From an uncultured archaeon (GTDB lineage Archaea > Iainarchaeota > Iainarchaeia > Iainarchaeales > 0-14-0-20-30-16), in assembly GCA_964565125.1 (NCBI GenBank), contig CAZMCX010000002.1:1-12754 (forward strand): DNA of 12,754 nucleotides. Direction: 5' to 3'. Below are positions 1 to 6,410 of the stretch, in pieces (position 1 is the first letter of the stretch; the number at the start of each line of letters is the position of its first letter). The notes under the pieces were generated by a model. The model was not told the origin of the DNA, did not search any database, and was given only the letters and a program-made list of their open reading frames with translations. The position numbers were made by a program, and so were the translations under genes.

Positions 1-33
1 GAAAAGGGTTGTTCTGGGTCCCTGCAAGTCCAT
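1..33 (-). CDS. 5' end of an unidentified CDS running off the left edge (visible part MDLQGPRTTLF...)
   Basis: There is an ATG at 33..31 on the minus strand, 9 nt downstream of the PAC2 stop. It is preceded by GGGG (cccc at 37..40 on +) and is open to the window edge. Only 11 codons are visible, so no product can be assigned. Confidence 0.25.
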   Translation of the reverse strand, partial: MDLQGPRTTLF

Positions 34-42
34 AAACCCCAA

Positions 43-810
43 CTATCTTACATAACTTGGCTTAACATCTGATGATTCATCTTTTGATAATTGCTTTAAT
101 GCACTTTGAACTTCTTTGAAAGCCTTGGAAATCTTCTTTGCTTCTTTGTCTATGTCTTTTAAGTCCACTTTTAGCCCAAAATACTTTGAAATAAACTCTA
201 ACATTTTCTTTGCAGCTTCAAAGTCACCATAAATAAGTTTTGCAGTTGTTTCTGCCAAAATACAATACCCTTGCATGCCATCTTCTTTTGCAAATCCAAG
301 AGTTAATCCTGCAACCCCCGATATTGTTATTTCGTCTTGTAACAATTTTGCATACTTGCTTGGCTCTTTTTTCTTTGTGTTAGTTGTAACAAAATATAAA
401 TCTGGCCTTTTAGTAATTCTTGCGTCAGAAATATCCAAGCCGCCAAAAGTATAAATTTCTTTTACTCCCAAAGATTTTGCGATTTCAACAATTTTTTTTG
501 CAAATTCAAAATGTGCTTCCGGATTTATATTTTCAAAAAGTGCCGGCTGTGCAATTCCAGTAAGTAAAATAAAATCTTTTGTTTTTGTTTTTATTACAGA
601 AAATTCGTCCTTTATTAAATTAATCTGGCCTTTATAAGTTATTCCTGCCGGAGTAAAATAAGTTGAATAAATAGACCCAATCTTTTCATTTTTCATTTTT
701 TCAGCAATAAAATCTATTGCAATTTTTCCTACTAAACCAATGCCCGGCAGTCCAATTAATAGGACAGGATTATTTAATTTAACATTTTTTACTTCAGAAA
801 TAACTGCCAA
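43..810 (-). CDS. PAC2-family protein (archaeal proteasome-assembly-chaperone-like, ATP-grasp superfamily)
   Basis: The 255-aa ORF has the N-terminal PVLLIGLPGIGLVGKIA motif typical of PAC2/DUF75 proteins. Its length and its position directly after aIF2-alpha match the conserved archaeal neighbourhood. The only in-frame start near the conserved N-terminus is TTG (810..808), with GTGAT upstream. Confidence 0.75.
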   Translation of the reverse strand: MAVISEVKNVKLNNPVLLIGLPGIGLVGKIAIDFIAEKMKNEKIGSIYSTYFTPAGITYKGQINLIKDEFSVIKTKTKDFILLTGIAQPALFENINPEAHFEFAKKIVEIAKSLGVKEIYTFGGLDISDARITKRPDLYFVTTNTKKKEPSKYAKLLQDEITISGVAGLTLGFAKEDGMQGYCILAETTAKLIYGDFEAAKKMLEFISKYFGLKVDLKDIDKEAKKISKAFKEVQSALKQLSKDESSDVKPSYVR

Positions 811-824
811 AAAAAATCACGCCC

Positions 825-1592
825 TTATTCTCTTCTTTTTATGTTTAAATCGCCATTTTTTCCAACTTTGGCTATCAAATAGTCATTAACATTTTTAATG
901 TGTTTTTCAATTGTTTTATAGCCGTTAGAAACAAACTTTAACTGGTATTTTCCGCCACCAAGATAAGAAATTTTTTGTTCAACACCTTTATTTTCTGGCA
1001 TCTCTTTGAACAATTTTTTTATTTCTATTAAACCAGCCCCAGTTGTAATTCTTAGTTCTACATTTTCAATAATTTCTTTTTTTGTTATTGTCATGCTTCT
1101 TGAAACAACCTTGTACAATGCCTCTCTGTACTGTTCTGGAATTTCTTTTACGCCATCTTTTCCGAATTCGAGCATTACTTTGAATGCCTCTGTAACAGAA
1201 TTATATTTTTCAAGAATTTTTGGAACAAGGTCATTCCAAATTTCGTCTTGTTCTTTTTTCATATCTTTTGCCAATACACTTAGTAATTGTTGGGATCTTT
1301 TTGTTTCTCTCCAGGAAATCATTTTTTTTCTTTCGTTTATTGTGTTCATTCTAGAAAATGAAACATCAATTTGTTTTCTTTCTCTATTGATAGATAGTAC
1401 AACACCAACTTTTATTTGTCCCGGTCTTACAAAATTTCTAATGTTTTTTATCCACCGGTTTGCGATTTGTGAAAGTGGAACAAATCCTGCTAAGCCCGGA
1501 TATTCCTCAAGGGTTACAGTTACCCCATAAGGATATATCTTGTCGATTTTACAAACAATGTGTTCTCCAGGCCTTACTTCATCTAAATCCAT
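825..1592 (-). CDS. eif2a: Translation initiation factor aIF2 alpha subunit
   Basis: It has an N-terminal S1/OB domain (GEHIVCKIDKIYPYGVTVTLEEYPGLAGFVPLSQIA...IKVGVVLSINRERKQIDVS) followed by the helical and alpha-beta domains, at a typical length of about 255 aa. I place the start at ATG 1592: the GTG at 1601 used by the ORF track lies inside the SD (tataGGTGttaattATG). Confidence 0.92.
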   Translation of the reverse strand: MDLDEVRPGEHIVCKIDKIYPYGVTVTLEEYPGLAGFVPLSQIANRWIKNIRNFVRPGQIKVGVVLSINRERKQIDVSFSRMNTINERKKMISWRETKRSQQLLSVLAKDMKKEQDEIWNDLVPKILEKYNSVTEAFKVMLEFGKDGVKEIPEQYREALYKVVSRSMTITKKEIIENVELRITTGAGLIEIKKLFKEMPENKGVEQKISYLGGGKYQLKFVSNGYKTIEKHIKNVNDYLIAKVGKNGDLNIKRRE

Positions 1593-1673
1593 AATTAACA
1601 CCTATATATTAGGGTTCCTGTTTGGCATTTTCATGAACTTGTTGAGTGTAAATCCAAACTTGATCCATATCTC

Positions 1674-1871
1674 TCATTCCGTCTTCTTATTCTCTTTTGT
1701 AACTATTTTTGCATTTTTAGTTAAATTTGGGCGTGAGGCACCAGGAGTAACTAAAACTTCTTCACATTTATTGCAAGATACCTTGCTCGCGGGTTTGTTA
1801 AATGTATACTGTTTACTCCCACATTTTTTACATTCCATTTCTATAAACTTTGAATTATGAATTTTCTTCAT
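1674..1871 (-). CDS. rps27e: Ribosomal protein S27e (eS27)
   Basis: The 65-aa protein carries a C4 zinc ribbon (CKKC...CNKC). The motif FIEMECKKCGSKQYTFNKPASKVSCNKCEEVLVTPGASRP matches the eS27 pattern. GGTGAT (atcacc 1875..1880) lies 4 nt before the ATG, and the gene sits directly upstream of aIF2-alpha as in many archaea. Confidence 0.9.
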   Translation of the reverse strand: MKKIHNSKFIEMECKKCGSKQYTFNKPASKVSCNKCEEVLVTPGASRPNLTKNAKIVTKENKKTE

Positions 1872-1880
1872 ATTATCACC

Positions 1881-2405
1881 CTATACATCTTTTCCTAACT
1901 CTTTTGAGATAAATATCTTTGCAATATTTGCTGGCAAGGTTACTTTATCTCCTATTTTGTATGGCCCATATTCAGCCATATCAGTTCCAATAAATTTTGG
2001 AATTTCTTTAGTAATCTCCAAATTAACTTGCTTGTCTTCAATTTCTTTTTCGGTTTTGAATTCAACCAAATATTTTTGAGTGTTTTTTACAAGGTCATCA
2101 TATATTTTTATTTCCTTTCCAGACAAGTTGTCAAAATTCTTGTCGTTTCCTTTTGCGGAAGATATTGCTCTTTTTATTATTTTTGTATACCTTAAATTAA
2201 AAATATCATCAATCATTTTTTTTACATTTATATATTTTCTAAATTCATCATCTTCAAAAGAGTACTGTTTTGATTGTACATTTTTTTGAGAATTTTCCAA
2301 GAAATCCTTTATTTCATTAAAGAAATTATCCGGCAGTTTAACCAAATCTGGTTCTTTAATTTCTTGCCTATGCAACTTTCTTATTATTTCATAGGATAAC
2401 TCCAT
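1881..2405 (-). CDS. GINS complex subunit (Gins15/Gins51-type)
   Basis: The N-terminus, ELSYEIIRKLHRQEIKEPDLVKLPDNFFNEI, is characteristic of archaeal GINS. The protein is about 174 aa and lies immediately downstream of, and overlapping, priS, which is the classical PriS-Gins15 linkage. I place the start at ATG 2405: the track's GTG at 2414 is part of the SD (aaaaGGTGctgccgATG). Confidence 0.7.
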   Translation of the reverse strand: MELSYEIIRKLHRQEIKEPDLVKLPDNFFNEIKDFLENSQKNVQSKQYSFEDDEFRKYINVKKMIDDIFNLRYTKIIKRAISSAKGNDKNFDNLSGKEIKIYDDLVKNTQKYLVEFKTEKEIEDKQVNLEITKEIPKFIGTDMAEYGPYKIGDKVTLPANIAKIFISKELGKDV

Positions 2406-3603
2406 CGGCAGCACCTTTTGCTAATAAATATAATGCAATGTTTTCTGGTAATTCAACTAATTGTTTGTAGTATGGCCCATATGGTTTGCCCGCGATTAGG
2501 ATTTGGGGCAGCTTCCCAATATATATCTTTATATTGCAGTTTTTATTAAAAGGGTATGCGTCTACAAAAGGCGAAAAGGCATCTAACTGATCTAAAGGGA
2601 TCTGTTTTGAAATTAGAGCAGCACCGCCGTGTATTGTGTTTGGAACCCTTACAATTTTGAAGATATCTATTGATGTGCTTGTGTCAATACCTAATTTGCT
2701 TTCGAATTTTAATTCTCCTAAAAATAAATTTATTATTTTGTCCCACAATTCCTTGTTTTTGTCATCATTTCCAAGTATGGAAATCAGAATTTTTCTTTTT
2801 TCCAAAGTACTAACGATGTCCTTTCTGTTTTTTACAACTTTTTGTGCAAATCCCGGAATTATGCCTACTTTTACAAGATCTTTCGTTTTTTGTCTTAAAA
2901 TAAACTCAGTAAATTTTTTTCTAATTTCTCCCCCCGCATTAAAATGTGGGTATTTGTACTCAATCCTCTTATTAGAAAGCCCGGTTTTTGTAATATAATC
3001 AATTAATTCATTTCTTTCTTCTTGTGTGAGTTTGGATACTTTTTCAGATTTTATTTTTACATGATATCCCTTATGCCCCGAGAAAGAAACAGAGATCTCC
3101 TCTTTTTTGAATCCCAATTCATTGATTAAAATGTCTATTAAATTTTTAGTTTGTTTTTTTGTTTCATTCAAACATTCGTCGCAAATATAGTCTTCAATTT
3201 TTGTATTCCCCTTGCAGTTTGGGCAAGTTTCTAAACGCCCAGTCCCATAACAGTTACAATTTGCACAAAACCACAAATCGTGCCTATTTTTGCAGGCCGT
3301 GGGCAAATCATCTGCATCGAATTCAAAGATAAAATCTGAACCCATTAGTTCTTTTGCCTGCATCGGTCTTGCAGATGGCTTATTATAATATGCCACCGAA
3401 CAAGAAACATAAAACGGCGCCTCTCTTCTCAGAAAATCATTGAAAACATAGTTGTTTTTGAATTCTAAATGCCTATTTGCAATTTTCTTTCCAAAAATCC
3501 CAATTCCAAACTCTCTTTTTTCAATATTGTCAACAGTAATAAAATGATTTTGATAAAAGCCCTTGTACTTTGATTTGAGATACTGCTCTGCGTCAAAAAT
3601 CAT
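2389..3603 (-). CDS. priS: DNA primase small (catalytic) subunit PriS
   Basis: The protein has the AEP primase motifs: FEFDADD (DxD metal site), a Cys/His zinc module, SGHKGYHV, and VRVPNTIHG. The C-terminal ELPENIALYLLAKGAA is typical of PriS. The SD GGGTGA (3608..3613 as tcaccc) precedes the ATG at 3603. Confidence 0.92.
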   Translation of the reverse strand: MIFDAEQYLKSKYKGFYQNHFITVDNIEKREFGIGIFGKKIANRHLEFKNNYVFNDFLRREAPFYVSCSVAYYNKPSARPMQAKELMGSDFIFEFDADDLPTACKNRHDLWFCANCNCYGTGRLETCPNCKGNTKIEDYICDECLNETKKQTKNLIDILINELGFKKEEISVSFSGHKGYHVKIKSEKVSKLTQEERNELIDYITKTGLSNKRIEYKYPHFNAGGEIRKKFTEFILRQKTKDLVKVGIIPGFAQKVVKNRKDIVSTLEKRKILISILGNDDKNKELWDKIINLFLGELKFESKLGIDTSTSIDIFKIVRVPNTIHGGAALISKQIPLDQLDAFSPFVDAYPFNKNCNIKIYIGKLPQILIAGKPYGPYYKQLVELPENIALYLLAKGAADGVIL

Positions 3604-3685
3604 TTATTCACCCAACGTATATATTTATATATCTATTATATTTATATTATATATCTATATTATATATGTATTTGGGGGTGTATTT
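3604..3685. promoter_or_regulatory. Bidirectional promoter region between priS and the RPA gene
   Basis: This 82-bp spacer is almost pure A/T and made of TATA-like sequence. It contains an 11-nt direct repeat, tatatatctat, at 3626..3636 and 3648..3658. It is bounded by SD motifs on both sides (3608..3613 minus, 3674..3680 plus). Confidence 0.6.
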
Positions 3686-4882
3686 ATGTCTTTAATAGAA
3701 CAAATAAAGAAGAAAAGTAATTTAAGTGAGGATGAAATTAACTCGAAAATAACGGAAAAAATAAGCAAATATCCGGGTTTATTTACTGAGGAAAGTGCAG
3801 CATATGTTTTAGCAAAAGAGCTGGGCATTGTGCTGGAGGACAAAGATATTAAACTTACCCCTCTAAACATAATAGACAACACAATAAAAACTGCAAATGT
3901 TAATGCTGTTGTTGAATATATTTTCCCCCCTAAGGAGTATGTACAAGGGAGTAAAAAAAGCAAGTATGTTAGGCTAATTGTTAGGGAAGATGACACCTCA
4001 GTTAACCTGACTTTATGGGACAAGTTTGTGGCATTAATTGAGACTAAAAAAATTAAGAAGGGGTCTATTTTAATGTGTAAAAATTTATCAGTAAATAAGT
4101 ATAAAAATAAAATATCTTTGGGAACAACGTCTTTTTCAGATATACAAGTAACTGGTGAAAAAAAGATAGAGCCGGAACAAAAAAGAATCAATGATTTATC
4201 CGAAAGTGATTTCTTTGTAAAAATAGAAGCAAAATTGGTTTCAAAAAGAGAATTAAGAAACATAAACAGCTCAAAAGTAATAAATTTTAGACTTTATGAT
4301 GGTTTTTATATAAATGCATCGGCATGGGATGACGCAGCAGAAGAAGTAAATAAAATTGACATCGGAAAAACAATAGTAATTGAGGGCGCATATGTAAGAA
4401 GAAGACAAAAACTAGAATTGAATGTTCCTTCTGATGCAACAATATCTACTTCAAACAAAGTATTTGAAGTTGTTGCAGATGCAGACCTTCCATTAAAGAA
4501 AATATCTGAACTTGCATATGGTGAAAGGGTAAGGCTAAAAGGAACAATAAAGGGCCTTGATAGATTAGTGTCATATAATTGGTGTGATAAATGTAATAAA
4601 AAAGCAGAAGAAGTTTGTGGTTGTGGAAATAAAGACTTAGTAAAGAATTACATTGTTGGCTTTATTTTTGGTGATGACTCTGCAACAACAAAAACAATTC
4701 TTTTCAGGAATCAAATTTCTGCATTATTAAGTTTACAACAAGATATCACCGGAATGACGGAAGATGAAGTGAGCTCAAAACTTTCTATAGTTTTAGATAA
4801 AGACAAAGAATTTTTGGGCTACTTGAAAAAGAACACTTTCTCTGGAGAAGATGAGTTCATAGTCATGAGAGTTGTTTCCTAA
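3686..4882 (+). CDS. rpa: Replication protein A / replication factor A-type ssDNA-binding protein (three OB folds, C-terminal one with zinc ribbon)
   Basis: The true start is ATG 3686 behind GGGGGTG (3674..3680). An N-terminal helical domain (IEQIKKKSNLSEDEINSKITEKISKYPGLFTEESAAYVLAKELGI), as in archaeal RPA, is followed by OB-fold-like repeats. One example is TANVNAVVEYIFPPKEY...VRLIVREDDTSVNLTLWDKF. A CDKC-x7-CGC zinc ribbon (4583..4624) sits in the last OB fold, as in RPA70 DBD-C-like domains. Confidence 0.8.
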   Translation: MSLIEQIKKKSNLSEDEINSKITEKISKYPGLFTEESAAYVLAKELGIVLEDKDIKLTPLNIIDNTIKTANVNAVVEYIFPPKEYVQGSKKSKYVRLIVREDDTSVNLTLWDKFVALIETKKIKKGSILMCKNLSVNKYKNKISLGTTSFSDIQVTGEKKIEPEQKRINDLSESDFFVKIEAKLVSKRELRNINSSKVINFRLYDGFYINASAWDDAAEEVNKIDIGKTIVIEGAYVRRRQKLELNVPSDATISTSNKVFEVVADADLPLKKISELAYGERVRLKGTIKGLDRLVSYNWCDKCNKKAEEVCGCGNKDLVKNYIVGFIFGDDSATTKTILFRNQISALLSLQQDITGMTEDEVSSKLSIVLDKDKEFLGYLKKNTFSGEDEFIVMRVVS

Positions 4883-4909
4883 ATACGGAAACAATCTCAG
4901 GCCCTAAAA

Positions 4910-4938
4910 CAATTTCTGTAAGTAAGAAATTGGTTTTT
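4910..4938 (+). terminator. Hairpin plus T5 downstream of the RPA gene
   Basis: A perfect 8-bp inverted repeat, caatttct (4910..4917) / agaaattg (4925..4932), has a 7-nt loop and is followed by gTTTTT (4933..4938). It starts 28 nt after the stop codon. Confidence 0.45.
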
Positions 4939-4989
4939 GGTTATGAGGGTAGTGCAATAATAAAAGATAAAGTAAAGACAAACAGCATC

Positions 4990-4999
4990 TTATAAAAAA
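4990..4999 (+). promoter_or_regulatory. TATA-box-like element of radA
   Basis: ttataaaaaa lies about 45 nt upstream of ATG 5040. This leaves room for a short leader containing the SD GAGGGGATC (5028..5036). Confidence 0.45.
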
Positions 5000-5039
5000 G
5001 GTGTATAAAGCTTTGACATCTAAAAGAGAGGGGATCAGA

Positions 5040-6011
5040 ATGGGAGACATAAAAAAAGTATCAGATTTGCCAGGCATAGGTCCTGCTGCAGAAGAAAAGC
5101 TGTTTAAAGGTGGATATAAGACCATAGAAAGCATAGCAGTTGCATCTCCGCTTGAATTGGTATCTGTTGCAGGTTTAGGTGAGACAACAGCAGCAAAAGC
5201 CATAGCAGCAGCAAGATCATCAATGGATGTGGGCGTAATAACTGCCGAAGAATTTTTAGAAAAACGAAAAACAATTGGAAAAGTTACCATGGGAAGTAAA
5301 GCAATTGACGAACTTCTTGGTGGTGGATTAGAGACTCAAAGTATTACAGAAGTTTATGGTAAATATGGGACTGGAAAAACACAGTGGTGTTTTGAAATTT
5401 GTGTTACCGCACAACTTCCAATAGATAAAGGCGGCTTAGATGGAAATGTTTTTTATATAGATTCAGAAAATTCTTTTAGACCAGAGAGAATAATTAAAAT
5501 TGCAGAAAAATATGGTTTAGATCCAAAAGAAGTTTTAAGAAATATTTATGTTGCAAGAGCATACACTGCAGACCACCAAATGCTTTTAGCGGAAAAAGCA
5601 AAAGAAATAGTTAAAGAGAAGAAAATAAGGGTTATGATTGTTGACTCTTTGACTGCACAGTTTAGGTCTGAATATATAGGTCGTGGGTTATTGGCGGACA
5701 GACAGCAGAAGCTTAATACACACATGAGGGCTTTAGCCAAGATTGCAGAATCCCATAACATTGCTGTATTGGTTACGAATCAGGTAATGTCAAAACCAGA
5801 TCAATTGTTTGGAGATCCAACAGAGCCAATTGGTGGAAATATTGTTGGGCATGCCTCAAAAACAAGATTATATTTAAGAAAAAGTTCTGGCCAGACAAGA
5901 ATCGCCAAATTAGTTGATAGTCCATACTTGCCAGATGGGGAAGTAATTTACAGGGTTACTGATAACGGTATAGAAGACCAAACAGAAAAGGACGGAAAAT
6001 ATAAGAAATAA
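5040..6011 (+). CDS. radA: DNA repair and recombination protein RadA
   Basis: It has an N-terminal HhH domain (LPGIGPAAEEKLFKGGYKTIESIAVASPLELVSVAGLGETTAAKAI) and a RecA-fold core. The core carries Walker A GKYGTGKTQ, Walker B VMIVDSLTA, and VLVTNQV. I place the start at ATG 5040 behind GAGGGGATC; the track's GTG at 5001 adds 13 non-conserved residues. Confidence 0.95.
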   Translation: MGDIKKVSDLPGIGPAAEEKLFKGGYKTIESIAVASPLELVSVAGLGETTAAKAIAAARSSMDVGVITAEEFLEKRKTIGKVTMGSKAIDELLGGGLETQSITEVYGKYGTGKTQWCFEICVTAQLPIDKGGLDGNVFYIDSENSFRPERIIKIAEKYGLDPKEVLRNIYVARAYTADHQMLLAEKAKEIVKEKKIRVMIVDSLTAQFRSEYIGRGLLADRQQKLNTHMRALAKIAESHNIAVLVTNQVMSKPDQLFGDPTEPIGGNIVGHASKTRLYLRKSSGQTRIAKLVDSPYLPDGEVIYRVTDNGIEDQTEKDGKYKK

Positions 6012-6035
6012 TCTTCTCCCCCCTTTATTTTTTTG

Positions 6036-6371
6036 ATGATATTTATGGATAGAAAGATAATTTGGTTGACAGTCTTTACAATTGTATTATCCGTACTTGC
6101 AGTTGCTTTCTTGTGGAAATACACCTGGGCCTTATTTGGGGTCTTATTAGTTATTACAATTTACAATTTTATTGTAAGTAAATCCATGGCAGAAATGAAA
6201 ATGTTTATTTTTGGGGCAATTATTGGCCCAATCTTTGAAATGTTTGTAATTTCTTTTGGCGCCTGGGCTTATCCAGCCCCAAATTTATATAATATTCCAG
6301 TATGGCTAATTTTGTTATGGGGTTTAGCTACCTTGGTGCTCATAAGGGCAAAGGATTATTTCCAAAACTAA
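6036..6371 (+). CDS. Small integral membrane protein, four predicted TM helices, function unknown
   Basis: The roughly 111-aa ORF has four hydrophobic stretches: IIWLTVFTIVLSVLAVAFLW, WALFGVLLVITIYNFIV, MFIFGAIIGPIFEMFVISFG and IPVWLILLWGLATLVLI. It does not overlap any competing gene. The start is ambiguous (TTG 6033, ATG 6036, ATG 6045). I do not securely recognise the family. Confidence 0.55.
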   Translation: MIFMDRKIIWLTVFTIVLSVLAVAFLWKYTWALFGVLLVITIYNFIVSKSMAEMKMFIFGAIIGPIFEMFVISFGAWAYPAPNLYNIPVWLILLWGLATLVLIRAKDYFQN

Positions 6372-6378
6372 GTAATTC

Positions 6379-6390
6379 TTTTTTTATTAT
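6379..6390 (+). promoter_or_regulatory. T7 run / TATA-like tract: possible terminator of the upstream gene and leaderless promoter of rad50
   Basis: tttttttattat has its TATA-like part (6383..6390) centred about 25 nt upstream of ATG 6411. No SD motif lies in between. Confidence 0.35.
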
Positions 6391-6410
6391 CTTCTTTTCT
6401 AACTTATCTT

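Noticed and set aside
1-42. Locally GC-richer stretch (gggttgttctgggtccctgcaag) as a fragment of a tRNA or other structured RNA
   Set aside because: I could not fold a T-arm or acceptor-like stem from it on either strand. It is better explained as the first 11 codons of the next minus-strand gene.
1609-1668. 19-codon minus-strand ORF (MDQVWIYTQQVHENAKQEP) in the S27e/aIF2-alpha spacer
   Set aside because: It has no SD at the 9-10 nt spacing, is very short, and does not resemble Nop10 or L44e (no CxxC pairs). It is most likely non-coding spacer or internal promoter.
1006-1860. Plus-strand ORFs 1006..1530 (174 aa) and 1540..1860 (106 aa)
   Set aside because: They are entirely antisense to the well-conserved aIF2-alpha and S27e genes. 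Their translations are F/S/I/L-rich low-complexity sequence, typical of the reverse frame of K/E/N-rich AT-rich genes. They have no SD or recognisable motif.
2080-2998. Plus-strand ORFs 2080..2289 and 2636..2998
   Set aside because: These are shadow ORFs antisense to GINS and PriS, with the same F/S/L-rich composition and no start context.
3563-3685. N-terminal 41-codon extension of the RPA ORF (MYFDLRYCSASKIIYSPNVYIYISIIFILYIYIIYVFGGVF)
   Set aside because: It overlaps the priS start codon and is a translation of the TATA-rich promoter spacer. A strong SD (GGGGGTG) sits directly before the internal ATG 3686, where the conserved RPA N-terminal domain begins.
3604-3685. AT-rich repeat-containing spacer as a replication origin
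   Set aside because: It is only 82 bp and has no ORB-like inverted repeats with G-rich elements. There is no adjacent orc1/cdc6, and the repeats are fully explained as TATA-like promoter sequence.
3655-4263. Minus-strand ORF of 202 aa
   Set aside because: It is antisense to the RPA gene, with a low-complexity hydrophobic translation, and would run through the divergent promoter.
4904-5761. Minus-strand ORFs 4904..5290 (128 aa) and 5546..5761 (71 aa)
   Set aside because: They are antisense to radA. The first owes its length to the Ala/Gly-rich HhH region of RadA read backwards. No independent support exists.
6034-6040. C/D-box sRNA signals (TGATGA at 6034..6039; ATGATG at 12093..12098)
   Set aside because: No matching D box (CTGA) lies at the appropriate distance and there are no terminal complementary ends. 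Both sites are simply tandem ATG start regions of protein genes.
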